NCBI GenBank assembly: GCA_018262795.1
Contig: JADFDM010000014.1
Coordinates: forward strand, 5,449-69,448
Direction of reading: 5' to 3'
Source: Sphingobacteriales bacterium
GTDB taxonomy: Bacteria > Bacteroidota > Bacteroidia > Chitinophagales > LD1
DNA: 64,000 nt
The notes beneath the pieces were generated by a model. That model saw nothing but the letters and a program-made list of their open reading frames with translations. It made no database searches and had not been told where the DNA came from. Position 1 is the first letter of the stretch. Each line of letters begins with the position of its first letter. Both the position numbers and the translations under genes were made by a program. Below are positions 47,917-58,811 of this stretch, piece by piece.

Positions 47917-50900
47917 ATGAGAGCGATATTTGCCTTACTACTGATCAGTGCCGCCTTCTTGACCTCTTATGCCCAACAATGGCATTCTTCATATGTGCCC
48001 TATTTGCGAGCAGTGAACACCATCGCTATTTTGGATCGGAATGCAATAGTAGTAGGAGGTGGTAACTTATCCAACGATTCACTTCAAGCGCTATACCGAT
48101 CCAATGATTATGGGTTGATGTGGAATATGAACCCGACCGACAACATTTCTTCTTGGATAAAGAGTATCAGTTTTAGTGATACCCTCCATGGTTTTGGCGT
48201 TGGTTTTAATGGCAAGATGGTTAGCACTGCGGATGGGGGTCGCAGTTGGATATTCCGCCATTCCCCGGTAGAGCGTCATTTCTTTAAAGTTGAGTATGTG
48301 TCGGCTTCCACTTTGTTTGCCGTAGGCGGAAACTATTTATCCGATACCATGACAATTCTTAAAAGCACCGATAACGCGAATACTTGGAATGTAGTTCTAA
48401 ATACAAGTGGAAAGTGGGTTAAAGCAATTTCGTTTATAGATACTTTAAACGGCTTTGCAGTGGGAGACAGCGGTATCATTTTGCATACAATCAATGGGGG
48501 TATCTCTTGGGCAGCGATAACTACTCCTGTACTGAGAGATTTCAATGCAGTTACTTTTGTCAATGCAGATACAGGATATATTGCAGGAGGAGAATCAGGG
48601 ACTAACCAGACAAGAACAATATTGAAAACTACCGATGGTGGCAGTAGTTGGAACATTAGTAAAGATGAATCTGGATCTCGCTTAAATGATGTTTCATTTG
48701 CAGATAACATGCATGGATATGCCGTTGGCGACAGTGCTACCTGTTTTACAACTACCGATGGGGGACAAACCTGGGTGGCGCAGTCCATCCCCAACTCAAT
48801 TCCCAATGATAATTTTAATGTGGTAAAGTATTTTGCCTCTGATTTTATACTTATTGGATCTCAGTTTGGGAGAGTATCCCTCTATGCTGGCACCGGAATA
48901 CCGGAAATCCTTGCAGAGGGGCATTACTCTCCCTTTTCAAATTCAGCCACTTTGTATGCGTTAGTAAATACCCACGGCTACCCGGCTCAGTATAAATTTA
49001 CTATTGACACTACAAGTAACTTCAGCAACCCCATTGCTGCAAACTGGCCGATTGATGTCAATTCAGATACCATCGCTCAAATAGAAGCTCTATTTTATAA
49101 CCTTCAGCCTAATGTTACTTATTATTATTTCCTGACGCTGTCCAATATTGATGGGAGTTATTATGGCGATACTTTATCGTTCACAACCGGTACCGGGCTT
49201 TATCAGGTGCAAACTGAAAACGCAGATAGCATCACTGAAACCAGTGCTCGCGCGAAAGGGTTCGTTCAACAGTTTCCGGTCAGTGCTACGGTTTATTTTG
49301 AGTATGATACTACACAAACCTTCAGCCATTCAGTTTTAGCTTCCCCATCCTTGATCAATGATACTATGAAGCATGAAGTAACTGCTTCCCTTTCCGGGTT
49401 GTTACCGTACTCAAAGTATTATTACCGTTTAACCGCGGTAACAGCTAACGGTCTTACTTACCGCGGAAACATACAGTCTTTTGTGACCTTCAACAATGGG
49501 TTGTATAGTAAGCTGGAAATCCTATCAGCTACCAATATTACTGATTCATCTGCCACATTGAATGCCGTTTTGGATAAATTTCAGGTAGCCGCTAATCTGG
49601 TTTTTGAATATGGCACCAATCCATTGCAGTTATCGGATAGCATTGTAGCTACCCCCACAAATATTAATGATACCTTACCACATCCACTACATGCCAACCT
49701 CAACAATCTGCAACCCTACACTTATTATTATTTCAGGATAAGAGCAGCCACAAAATTCGGTTCGTATTTTTCTTCGATAGATACATTTTTCACGGGGCAC
49801 CTCTTTGTAACTTTACAGATTCAACCGGCTAGTAAGATTACCACATACAGCGCTCAGTTAAATGCTTTGTTTCAGTCTTTAGCCAGCGATGACACGCTCA
49901 CATTTGAATATGGCACCACCCTATCCTTTGGCAATGAAATAGCCGCCTCTCCAAATATTGTGAGCGATAATGTATTACATCAGGTGAGCGCTACTCTGCC
50001 AAGCCTTACTTCCAACACTCTTTATTACTATCGCCTCCGACTCAATACCAATGGTTTTGTTGTTTATACGCATACAAAACAATTTTTTGCTGGCCAAAAC
50101 GAGATTCCAAATTGGGACTTTGAAAACTGGCAGCATATTACCCAAGTAGCATTATCCGATATGTTTACGCTTGGCAATGTGGATATTGTAACCTCCTATA
50201 ATGGGACTAAGGCGGCCTATTTATACAGCACCCCTGAAATGCCTGCCGGATTAGTAGCAAATGCTCCTTTAGGGCTTCATGGTCCTGGCGAAGGCGGGTC
50301 TCCTTTTACGTCTCTGCCGGACTCATTGATTTTTTATAGCGCTTATGATATACAACCGGGCGATACCGGTTATGTGCTTCTGGTGTTTAAAAAAAATGGG
50401 ACTATTAATAATCAAGTTTTCTTCCCCATTACGGGTAATACTAGTGGAGTTTTCAAGCGCCAGGCCTTCAACATTCCATATACCAATTTTATCACTCCAG
50501 ATACTGTGATACTAGGTTTTTTGAACACAAACATTCTGAATGGCCAAGTGGGAAATACGTCCAGTTGGATGAAAATAGATGACGTATCTTTTAGCGGAAC
50601 CTCACAAAATATTCCTGATCCCGGTTTTGAAAATTGGGATACCGTACAATATGATGCTCCCGAGAGATGGGGATTAAGTTTGATAGAAACACCTGTTAAT
50701 CTCCTTCCGTTCGTCCCTTTTACTAAATCAACTGATGCTTATTCGGGAGATTATGCTATCCGGTTCCAAAGTATTTATCAGCCACCCGTGATAAAAGTTG
50801 CCTACATTAACACCTCCTTAACGAATGAAGATGGTTCCCCTAATTTCCCGGTAAATCACCGATACCAAACGCTGAATGGTTATTGTAAATTCTTACCTGA

Positions 50901-51438
50901 AAATGGGGATACTCTGAAGGTCTTTGTGTGGATGTTTAAGAATGGACAGCCGGTTGGCTGGGGAAATTTGTCTTTAGTAACACCCGTTACTTCCTATAAT
51001 TATTTTTCTGTCCCGCTGATGTATAACGATACAAGTACCATTCCTGATAGCTGCTCTATTCGGTTTTCAACCAGCGAAAATCATACAGCCGGCAACTCAA
51101 TAGTATATCTGGATAATTTAGGGTTTGATGGATTTTACGGAAATGATACCACCTCTTCAATTTGGCCAGTAGTGATGGCGAGTGATTCTCAGATTACGTT
51201 AAAAGTATTCCCTAACCCTGCCGAATCAGTGCTTTATATTTTAGCAAGTGGTTTTATCGAGGGAGCAACGGAATATGAAATTATCAATATCAATGGACAG
51301 AAGATGGATCGCTTCAGTGACGTGCATTCAAACACGTTGTTAATCTCAAAAAATATTTCGCATTACCCTGCGGGTATTTATTTGGTAACAGCACATGGCA
51401 GCAGCGGGAATGTTTCCAGCCGATTTATAAAGCAGTGA
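47917..51438 (+). CDS. Secreted multidomain protein: BNR/Ycf48-like beta-propeller, five ~95-aa FN3-like repeats, two jelly-roll-like modules, T9SS type-A CTD
   Basis: Signal peptide MRAIFALLLISAAFLTSYAQ. Repeated S.D.G..W and T.DGG.SW propeller motifs. Five repeats end in L.P.[TV].YYY[FR]. Two modules open with IPNWDFENW and IPDPGFENW. C-terminus LKVFPNPAESVLYIL...GIYLVTAHG...RFIKQ. Confidence 0.8.
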   Translation: MRAIFALLLISAAFLTSYAQQWHSSYVPYLRAVNTIAILDRNAIVVGGGNLSNDSLQALYRSNDYGLMWNMNPTDNISSWIKSISFSDTLHGFGVGFNGKMVSTADGGRSWIFRHSPVERHFFKVEYVSASTLFAVGGNYLSDTMTILKSTDNANTWNVVLNTSGKWVKAISFIDTLNGFAVGDSGIILHTINGGISWAAITTPVLRDFNAVTFVNADTGYIAGGESGTNQTRTILKTTDGGSSWNISKDESGSRLNDVSFADNMHGYAVGDSATCFTTTDGGQTWVAQSIPNSIPNDNFNVVKYFASDFILIGSQFGRVSLYAGTGIPEILAEGHYSPFSNSATLYALVNTHGYPAQYKFTIDTTSNFSNPIAANWPIDVNSDTIAQIEALFYNLQPNVTYYYFLTLSNIDGSYYGDTLSFTTGTGLYQVQTENADSITETSARAKGFVQQFPVSATVYFEYDTTQTFSHSVLASPSLINDTMKHEVTASLSGLLPYSKYYYRLTAVTANGLTYRGNIQSFVTFNNGLYSKLEILSATNITDSSATLNAVLDKFQVAANLVFEYGTNPLQLSDSIVATPTNINDTLPHPLHANLNNLQPYTYYYFRIRAATKFGSYFSSIDTFFTGHLFVTLQIQPASKITTYSAQLNALFQSLASDDTLTFEYGTTLSFGNEIAASPNIVSDNVLHQVSATLPSLTSNTLYYYRLRLNTNGFVVYTHTKQFFAGQNEIPNWDFENWQHITQVALSDMFTLGNVDIVTSYNGTKAAYLYSTPEMPAGLVANAPLGLHGPGEGGSPFTSLPDSLIFYSAYDIQPGDTGYVLLVFKKNGTINNQVFFPITGNTSGVFKRQAFNIPYTNFITPDTVILGFLNTNILNGQVGNTSSWMKIDDVSFSGTSQNIPDPGFENWDTVQYDAPERWGLSLIETPVNLLPFVPFTKSTDAYSGDYAIRFQSIYQPPVIKVAYINTSLTNEDGSPNFPVNHRYQTLNGYCKFLPENGDTLKVFVWMFKNGQPVGWGNLSLVTPVTSYNYFSVPLMYNDTSTIPDSCSIRFSTSENHTAGNSIVYLDNLGFDGFYGNDTTSSIWPVVMASDSQITLKVFPNPAESVLYILASGFIEGATEYEIININGQKMDRFSDVHSNTLLISKNISHYPAGIYLVTAHGSSGNVSSRFIKQ

Positions 51439-51478
51439 TGCCAAGCCTTCAATAGCGTTAAAGAGGCAATAGCAGCAG

Positions 51479-52075
51479 CTACCAAATTTTAAGTTGGGTC
51501 TCCTTCAACACAAAACTTTTGCGATGAAGAGGAGATGGCCCCGATTCAATTAGTACTTTTCGGTGGAAGGCAGTAGCGTATCCTTTGTTTTGCAACCATC
51601 CGTATGCAGGATATTTTTCATGCGCCTGCGCCATATATTCATCGCGGTATGTTTTAGCAAGCACCGAGGCGGCTGCAATGCTCATATATTTGCCATCTCC
51701 CTCTACAATAGTCAGGTGCGGAATATTCTTATAGGGTTTAAAGCGATTGCCATCCACCAGTATAAAGCCAAATTGCGTCCGGAGTTTTTCTAAAGCTAAG
51801 TGCATAGCTAACAGCGAGGCATTCAGAATATTGATTTCGTCTATCTGGGTATTATCTACCGAGGCGACTGCATAAGCAGTGGCTTCTTTCTCAATCACAA
51901 TCCGCAAAGCCTCCCGATTTTTAACACAAAGTTTTTTTGAATCATTCAGCAATTCATTCTGAAACCCTTTGGGCAAAATAACAGCCGCAGCAAACACCGG
52001 CCCTGCTAAGCAACCGCGACCGGCCTCATCACAGCCGGCTTCTACAAATTTTTTCTGATAATAGGGCAAAAGCAC
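51479..52075 (-). CDS. rnhB: Ribonuclease HII
   Basis: N-terminal catalytic motif AGCDEAGRGCLAGPV, 198 aa. Collinear with the RNase HII family. Confidence 0.9.
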   Translation of the reverse strand: MLLPYYQKKFVEAGCDEAGRGCLAGPVFAAAVILPKGFQNELLNDSKKLCVKNREALRIVIEKEATAYAVASVDNTQIDEINILNASLLAMHLALEKLRTQFGFILVDGNRFKPYKNIPHLTIVEGDGKYMSIAAASVLAKTYRDEYMAQAHEKYPAYGWLQNKGYATAFHRKVLIESGPSPLHRKSFVLKETQLKIW

Positions 52076-52174
52076 TTCCGAATATGGAAAGACTTGTCAA
52101 GTTTTAAAACACATGCACATAAAATAAAAAAGGGCAGCTATTGAGCCGCCCCCTAAAACCACCAAAACTTTTAT

Positions 52175-52993
52175 TTATTTCTTTTCTCCGTTTTCAAACA
52201 CTAAGAGTTCCTGTCCTCCATCTTTGTGCACCATCTTTCCTTGGCCATCGCGTTGGTTGTTGCTCCAATGACCTATGTACTGGTCGCCATCCGCCCAGGT
52301 AAATATCCCTTGTCCATCCATTTTACCATCGGCAAAGGCCCCTTCATATTTATCTCCATTTGCCCAAATAAAAATTCCTTTACCGGTGCGCTTGTTTGCA
52401 GTAAACTGTCCGATGTATTGATCGCCATTAGAAAAAGTCATTTTACCAAATCCCTCTTTTTTGTCGGCAGCAAAGTAGCCGTCATAAATATTTCCATTGC
52501 GGTAGTAATACTTCCCCTGTCCGGTTTTAATTCCATTTGTAAAAGCGCCTTCGTAGCGATCGCCATTGGCATAATACAAGGTACCTTTGCCACTGATGCT
52601 CCCCACAAACATTTCCCCCACATACTTATTGCCATTGGCGTAGGCGTAAGTGCCCCAGCCGCTCATTTCATTATTCTCAAACTGACCCACATACTTATCG
52701 CCATTAATAAAATCATAAGAGCCTCTGCCGGAGCGGGTATCATTTTTCCAATCGCCATAATAGGAGGAACCATCTTTGAATACGGCCCGGCCTACACCAT
52801 TCCGCATATCGTTCTTCCATTCCCCCGAATACATTGAGCCGTCAAAATAGGTAGCTCTTCCGAGGCCTTCTTTTTTGCCGTCTTTGTATTCGCCTTCGTA
52901 CTTCCCATTTACATAAATGGGGCTGTTGTCTTGGGCACTTATTTCACAACAGGCAATAGCGACAATAAAAAAGGGTAGTAAAAAACTCTTCAT
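52175..52993 (-). CDS. Secreted MORN-repeat protein
   Basis: Signal peptide, then about 10 tandem Y.G.[WF].....G.G 23-aa MORN units. Confidence 0.8.
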   Translation of the reverse strand: MKSFLLPFFIVAIACCEISAQDNSPIYVNGKYEGEYKDGKKEGLGRATYFDGSMYSGEWKNDMRNGVGRAVFKDGSSYYGDWKNDTRSGRGSYDFINGDKYVGQFENNEMSGWGTYAYANGNKYVGEMFVGSISGKGTLYYANGDRYEGAFTNGIKTGQGKYYYRNGNIYDGYFAADKKEGFGKMTFSNGDQYIGQFTANKRTGKGIFIWANGDKYEGAFADGKMDGQGIFTWADGDQYIGHWSNNQRDGQGKMVHKDGGQELLVFENGEKK

Positions 52994-53158
52994 GACTCCA
53001 TTTAAAAACCAATGACACTCCGTGTGTGTCGAATCTACATTTACATTACGAAGGCGTATGTAAAAAGTTACACCCGTGGTTTTGCTTCTTGAAAAGTGTC
53101 ATTTGCGTTAACATAAATGGAAGAACTTAGCGTTTGAATATCACTTGAAATTTCATCG

Positions 53159-54652
53159 TTGAATCCGATTCGAAAACTTGCATCACAAACCGCCATTTAC
53201 GGCCTCAGCAGCATTGTTGGGCGCTTTCTAAACTACTTGTTAGTGCCGCTTTACACCTATTCCTTTAAAACAGGCCAATACGGAGTGGTGTCTGAGTTTT
53301 ATGCCTACTCAGGTTTTTTTTCGGTGCTATTGGTGTTTGGCTTAGAAACCGGATTTTTTCGATTTAGCCAAGAGGAAGAAAAAAAGGAAAAGGTGTACTC
53401 GACCGCTTTAAGTTTTGTAATGCTGGCGAACGTGCTCTTTCTATTGTTGATTGTATTGTTTGTAAACCCACTGGCGGCCTCCCTTCGCTACCCACAACAC
53501 CACGAATACTTTTACTGGTTTGCGCTGATACTGGCCTTCGACTCTATTTCATCTATCCCTTTTGCCCGACTGAGAGCAGAAAATAAAGCGATAAAATTTG
53601 TAGCGATAAAATTATTGGAGATAGGCATACTCGTAGCACTCAACATTTTCTTCATTGTGATTTGCCGTGAAGCGGGGGAGAAAAATCCGAATTCATGGCT
53701 GGGGTCACTGTATAAACCCGAAATAGGAGTCGGCTATATTTTCATTTCCAACCTCATTGCTTCCTCGATAAAAATGTTTTTGCTTTTCCCGATGCTGCTC
53801 GGCATTCGGGGAGGTATAGACCGAGAACTTTTCGGGAAAATGATTCGCTATTCTATGCCGATGGTGATCATTGGTTTTGCAGGTATTATCAATGAAATGC
53901 TCGACCGGATGGTACTCAAGTTTTTATTGCCTTATGATAATGCTACCAATATGCAGCAACTCGGTATTTACGGAGCCTGTTATAAACTCTCTATTCTGAT
54001 GACTTTGTTTATTCAGGCATTTCGCTACGCAGCCGAACCCTTTTTCTTTTCGCACGCAAAGGAAAACGGTTCGCGAAAAATTTATGCCGATGTGATGAAA
54101 TACTTTGTGATTGTATGTGTGTTCGTGTTCCTGTTGGTGATGCTTTACCTCCACTGGTTTCAGGACTTCATCGGTAAAGATTTCCGAGTAGGGTTGCCGG
54201 TAGTTCCTATTCTGCTGATGGCCAATCTGTTTCTGGGGGTGTATGTCAATTTATCTATTTGGTATAAACTCACCGATAAAACTATGATGGGTGCTTGGGT
54301 ATCTATTGCCGGGGCAGTGATTACATTAGTGCTGAATATTCTGTGGGTTCCCATTTGGGGATATATGGGAGCCGCTTGGGCCACTTTTATTTGTTATGCG
54401 TTTATGGCATTGGTATCGTATCTTCTCGGCCGAAAATTCTATCCGGTTGATTACGATGTAAAAGCGATTTTGGGATACATTCTCTTAGGCCTGGGTATTT
54501 GGCAAGGCTATGTTTTACTGACTCAAAATATTTTTGCCACACAACCCTTCTGGATGACTGCAACACCTTTAATGTTGCTGTTCCTCCTCATCATTTGGTT
54601 CACCGAGGGCAGGAAGTTGTTCCAGCGCTTCCGCTTATCCGCCAAAGTTTAA
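53159..54652 (+). CDS. MOP-superfamily oligosaccharide/polysaccharide flippase (Wzx-like)
   Basis: Polytopic protein (about 12-14 helices). The N-terminus (M)NPIRKLASQTAIYGLSSIVGRFLNYLLVPLYT is typical of Bacteroidota flippases. TTG start; there is no upstream in-frame ATG. Confidence 0.75.
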   Translation: MNPIRKLASQTAIYGLSSIVGRFLNYLLVPLYTYSFKTGQYGVVSEFYAYSGFFSVLLVFGLETGFFRFSQEEEKKEKVYSTALSFVMLANVLFLLLIVLFVNPLAASLRYPQHHEYFYWFALILAFDSISSIPFARLRAENKAIKFVAIKLLEIGILVALNIFFIVICREAGEKNPNSWLGSLYKPEIGVGYIFISNLIASSIKMFLLFPMLLGIRGGIDRELFGKMIRYSMPMVIIGFAGIINEMLDRMVLKFLLPYDNATNMQQLGIYGACYKLSILMTLFIQAFRYAAEPFFFSHAKENGSRKIYADVMKYFVIVCVFVFLLVMLYLHWFQDFIGKDFRVGLPVVPILLMANLFLGVYVNLSIWYKLTDKTMMGAWVSIAGAVITLVLNILWVPIWGYMGAAWATFICYAFMALVSYLLGRKFYPVDYDVKAILGYILLGLGIWQGYVLLTQNIFATQPFWMTATPLMLLFLLIIWFTEGRKLFQRFRLSAKV

Positions 54653-54673
54653 ATTTTATCTTTGCCCACCTCC

Positions 54674-55108
54674 ATGAAAATCAGGATTATTAATAAGAGC
54701 ACAAACCCTTTGCCGGTATATGAAACAGCAGGATCGGCAGGGATGGATGTGCGTGCATTTACCGAAGAAGAAATACTTTTAAAGCCCTTAGACCGCAAAC
54801 TAATTCCCACCGGCTTATTTCTCGAATTGCCCGAAGGATATGAGGCACAACTGCGCCCTCGGAGCGGCTTGGCGTTTAAGCATGGCATCAGCTTGCCCAA
54901 CAGCCCGGCTACTATTGACAGCGACTACCGGGGTGAAATCAAAGTGGCGCTCATCAATCTTTCTAAAGAAGATTATGTGGTGAAGAGTGGCGAACGAATA
55001 GCCCAAATGATTATAGCCCGGCACGAACGTGCCGAATGGATACGAGTAGAGGAGATCACAGAAACTTCCAGAGGAGAAGGAGGTTTTGGCAGTACCGGAA
55101 AACACTAA
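54674..55108 (+). CDS. dut: dUTP diphosphatase
   Basis: ATG at 54674 (MKIRIINKS...). Motifs [25 protein letters not shown] and a C-terminal [11 protein letters not shown]. Confidence 0.95.
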   Translation: MKIRIINKSTNPLPVYETAGSAGMDVRAFTEEEILLKPLDRKLIPTGLFLELPEGYEAQLRPRSGLAFKHGISLPNSPATIDSDYRGEIKVALINLSKEDYVVKSGERIAQMIIARHERAEWIRVEEITETSRGEGGFGSTGKH

Positions 55109-55171
55109 CCAAAGCTGAAAACCACAGTTACTCAAAAACGATTATCAATTAACTAATAAGCATTCACTGAT

Positions 55172-56179
55172 ATGAGAATCATAATTCCAATGGCGGGATG
55201 GGGAACTCGCCTACGACCACATACCCTCACTATTCCCAAGCCCATGTTACCGGTAGCCGGCAAACCGATTGTGCAGCGATTAGTAGAAGATTTAATGGCT
55301 TCCACCGATCAGAAAGTAGAAGATATTGTTTTCATTATCCGCAAAGATTTTGGAAAGGGAATCGAAGAGCAGTTGATGAAGATTGCTGACAAAACCGGGA
55401 GTAAAGGGCATATTGAATATCAGGATGAGCCGCTCGGCACAGCTCATGCTATTTTATGTGCCGGAGAGTTTCTGGAAGGAAACATCATCGTAGCCTTTGC
55501 CGATACCTTGTTCAAAAGCGACTTCAAAATAAATACCGGACAAGATGGGGTAATATGGGTACAAAAGGTAGCTAACCCCGCAGCCTTTGGAGTGGTGAAA
55601 CTGAATGAGGAAAATGTGATCACTGACTTTGTAGAAAAACCGAAAGAGTTTATTTCTGATTTGGCCATCATCGGTATTTACTATTTCCGCGATGGCGCGC
55701 ATCTGCGCAGCGAAATGCAATACTTGGTAGATAATGACATCCGCGAAAAGGGAGAGTATCAACTGACTAATGCGCTGGAGAATATGAAAGCGAAAGGCGC
55801 AAAGTTTTATAAAGGAGAAGTGGTGGAGTGGTTAGACTGCGGCAACAAAGACGCGACCGTTTACACCAATCAACGGGTGTTGGAATTTATTAAACCGGAG
55901 GAACGAATTAGCCCCAGTGCCCTTGTGGAAGATTCGGTGATTGTGCATCCCTGCTTTGTGGATGAAGGGGCGGTGATTAAAAACTCAGTGATTGGTCCTT
56001 TTGTTTCGGTAGGAAAAAATTCGGTGATCGAAAACTCGGTAGTCAAAAACTCCATTATCCAGAACAAAACCATCTTAAAAAATAAGTTAATCTACAACTC
56101 CATGCTTGGGAATTATGTTAAACTTGAAGGCAGAATGGAAGATTGGAGCATTGGCGATCACAATATTATCATTCAGTAA
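55172..56179 (+). CDS. Sugar-phosphate nucleotidyltransferase with a C-terminal left-handed beta-helix (hexapeptide) region
   Basis: N-terminal G-rich loop IIPMAGWGTRLRPHTLTIPKPML. The C-terminal region has imperfect hexapeptide repeats (SVI.NSV[IV].N). Confidence 0.8.
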   Translation: MRIIIPMAGWGTRLRPHTLTIPKPMLPVAGKPIVQRLVEDLMASTDQKVEDIVFIIRKDFGKGIEEQLMKIADKTGSKGHIEYQDEPLGTAHAILCAGEFLEGNIIVAFADTLFKSDFKINTGQDGVIWVQKVANPAAFGVVKLNEENVITDFVEKPKEFISDLAIIGIYYFRDGAHLRSEMQYLVDNDIREKGEYQLTNALENMKAKGAKFYKGEVVEWLDCGNKDATVYTNQRVLEFIKPEERISPSALVEDSVIVHPCFVDEGAVIKNSVIGPFVSVGKNSVIENSVVKNSIIQNKTILKNKLIYNSMLGNYVKLEGRMEDWSIGDHNIIIQ

Positions 56180-56220
56180 GCGCTGATGGCGCAAACCCTT
56201 AATCACTTTAATCGCAGTTC

Positions 56221-57981
56221 ATGAGACCGGTTTTGTTTTTTGTCTTGTTTATTTCTTGTGCTGTAATGGCAGAGGCTGCCGGCTCCTTTCCCGGAGGGGA
56301 TAAAAAGAAGAAGAAAAAGGAGGCGGACAAATCGCACGCTTCCTCACTTACCGCAGAGCAGCGCAGCAAATTAGATCGCTTGTTTTTAGATGCGGAGAAG
56401 GCCAAGATATTGGAGGATTGGGAGGCCGCCATCAGGGACTACAAAAGCGTGATAGAAACCGATGCTTCTAATGCCGATGCTCACTTTCAGTTAGCGCAGA
56501 TATATTCTGATCAAACCAATTGGAAGGAAGCTGAGAAAGAAGCTTTAGAAGCTATCCGATTAGATGGAAACAATAAGTGGTATTTAGAAACCCTGGCCAA
56601 TATATATATGAGCGAAGGCAAGGCCAAAGAAGCACAAAGCACCTTTGAAACGCTTGTCAAAAAATTCCCTTCTAATCCCGATTACTATCTCAATCTGGGC
56701 TTTCTGTATTCTAAGATGGGCCAATACGAAAATGCCATCAAGGTGTACGACCAATTTGAGAAGAATTTCGGCATAGATGAGCAGGTGATTCAAGAAAAAA
56801 AGAATCTGTATCTGCGCCTCAATAAATTCAACGAAGCGGCCAATGAAATTCACAAACTCACCGATGCTTATCCGAATGAACCTCAGTATATGCTGATGGA
56901 AGCAGATTTATATAAAGCAAAAGGGGATAAGGAGAAGGCAAAGGAAGTGTATGACCGTGTGCTGAAGTTAGATCCCAATAATCCGCAAGCGCAGTTAGGG
57001 CTGGCGCAACTGAATATGAGCACCAACAGCGATGTGCAGAAAAAGGAAAACCTGAAAGAGATTTTTGAGAATCCGAAAGTGAATATTGATACAAAGGTGA
57101 GCATTCTGCTTATTTCCTTCATACAAATGAACAGTGGCGATTCTGCTAAAAGAAAGGAAGCTATTGAACTTGCAAATATTCTCACCCGTGTTCATCCCGA
57201 TGAAGCTAAAGCATTTGCCGTGCAAGGCGATCTGTATTACATGGATGAGCAGAACGATAAAGCGCTCGCATCTTATCAAAAAGCGCTTACACTCAGTAAG
57301 GATGTATTTCAGGTGTGGCAGCAAGTCATGGTTATTTACAACCTGAAGCAGGACTGGAAAAAAGTATTGGAAACGGCCAATGAAGCGATGGAACTTTTCC
57401 CCAATCAAGCCATGATATACTTTTTTAAAGGCGGAGCCGAAATGCAGTTGAAGGAATATGACAAAGCTATCCGCAGTTATTCGAAAGGAGAAAAGATGAG
57501 TGCCGATGATACCAAGTTGCGCGCACAGTTTCTGGCAAATATGGGCGATGCCTACCACAGCCTGAACGAGAATGGTGAAAGTGACAGCGCTTATGAGAGA
57601 GCATTGAAGTTAGATCCCGAAAATGCCTACGTGCTGAACAACTACAGTTACTACCTCAGTGTTAGAAAAGAAAACTTAGACAAGGCCAAGCAGATGAGTG
57701 CCTATGCCACCAAATTAGACCCCAACAACGATTCCTTTCTGGATACTTATGCTTGGATACTTTTCCAAATGGGGAACTATACGGCTGCAAAAGAATGGCA
57801 GGAGAAAGCCTTGAAGGCAGGAGGCGACAAAAGCGCCACCATCTTAGAACACTATGGCGACATACTCTTTAAGCTCGGCAATAAATCAGAGGCGATGGAG
57901 TACTGGAAAAAAGCAAAACAGGCCGGTTCAGATTCAGGCGCTTTAGATCGCAAAATTGCCGAGCAGAAATACTTAGAATAG
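56221..57981 (+). CDS. Secreted TPR-repeat protein
   Basis: Signal peptide, then about 12 TPR-like 34-aa units (A...Y..AL.LDPNN recurring). Confidence 0.8.
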   Translation: MRPVLFFVLFISCAVMAEAAGSFPGGDKKKKKKEADKSHASSLTAEQRSKLDRLFLDAEKAKILEDWEAAIRDYKSVIETDASNADAHFQLAQIYSDQTNWKEAEKEALEAIRLDGNNKWYLETLANIYMSEGKAKEAQSTFETLVKKFPSNPDYYLNLGFLYSKMGQYENAIKVYDQFEKNFGIDEQVIQEKKNLYLRLNKFNEAANEIHKLTDAYPNEPQYMLMEADLYKAKGDKEKAKEVYDRVLKLDPNNPQAQLGLAQLNMSTNSDVQKKENLKEIFENPKVNIDTKVSILLISFIQMNSGDSAKRKEAIELANILTRVHPDEAKAFAVQGDLYYMDEQNDKALASYQKALTLSKDVFQVWQQVMVIYNLKQDWKKVLETANEAMELFPNQAMIYFFKGGAEMQLKEYDKAIRSYSKGEKMSADDTKLRAQFLANMGDAYHSLNENGESDSAYERALKLDPENAYVLNNYSYYLSVRKENLDKAKQMSAYATKLDPNNDSFLDTYAWILFQMGNYTAAKEWQEKALKAGGDKSATILEHYGDILFKLGNKSEAMEYWKKAKQAGSDSGALDRKIAEQKYLE

Positions 57982-58043
57982 GAACTTGCCCGATCATCAT
58001 TTCAATCTTTCCATCTTTGGCATACTATTTACCCTTTCACCGC

Positions 58044-58811
58044 ATGAAGTTTTTTTCTGCCTTTCGATTTGTACTTATTAGCACCCTTTTATTTTCCGGT
58101 TTGTGTAGCAACGCACAAGCGGTAGCCGGTGATTCTATCGCCACCAAATATCACTTGATAGAAGACAGCGCCAAAGCGCAGCAAACCCTCTTTCACTCTC
58201 TTTCTATGCGCGCAAAACTCACTTGGGCCGATGAAAAAACGGAGCAGGATTTCACCGGCAGTATTCGTATTCAAAGTGACAGTTTAATATGGGTAAGCCT
58301 TTCGGGGCCTATGGGTATTGAAGGTTTTCGCGTGCTTATTTCTCCCGATACTTTTAAAATTATCAATCGGTTGGGGAATGAATACGCCATCCGCGAATTC
58401 AACTACCTCGAACATTGGTTGTTGTTTCCGCTTTCGTATAAAATGCTGGAACAGTTATTGGCCGGGCAACTCATAGATATTCCTCAGTTGGCAGTAGCCG
58501 TAGGCCGCGAAGACAGTGCAGTGATTCTTTACCGCGAAAACAATAAACTGTTAGAGAAGATTTGGCTAAACCCCCAAAACTATACAGTGGGCAAAATTCT
58601 GTTGAAAGACAAAATGCTGCAACAGGATATGACCATTACCTTTGAAGCCTATAATCTTTTGAACGGCAAACCGTTTTCATACAGGCGCGCAGTGGATGTT
58701 CATCAAGGCTCAATGGGCTTCCATCTACAAATGGAAATTTCCAGAATCACGATAAACGATTCACTTTCGTTCCCGTTTGAAATAAACGAACGATACAAGA
58801 AGGTGGAATGA
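58044..58811 (+). CDS. DUF4292-like (LolB-fold-like) outer-membrane lipoprotein candidate
   Basis: ATG at 58044 (MKFFSAFRFVLISTLLFSGLCSNAQ). It occupies the position between the TPR protein and the M23 peptidase that is conserved in Bacteroidota. The family assignment comes from memory of this synteny, not from a search. Confidence 0.55.
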   Translation: MKFFSAFRFVLISTLLFSGLCSNAQAVAGDSIATKYHLIEDSAKAQQTLFHSLSMRAKLTWADEKTEQDFTGSIRIQSDSLIWVSLSGPMGIEGFRVLISPDTFKIINRLGNEYAIREFNYLEHWLLFPLSYKMLEQLLAGQLIDIPQLAVAVGREDSAVILYRENNKLLEKIWLNPQNYTVGKILLKDKMLQQDMTITFEAYNLLNGKPFSYRRAVDVHQGSMGFHLQMEISRITINDSLSFPFEINERYKKVE

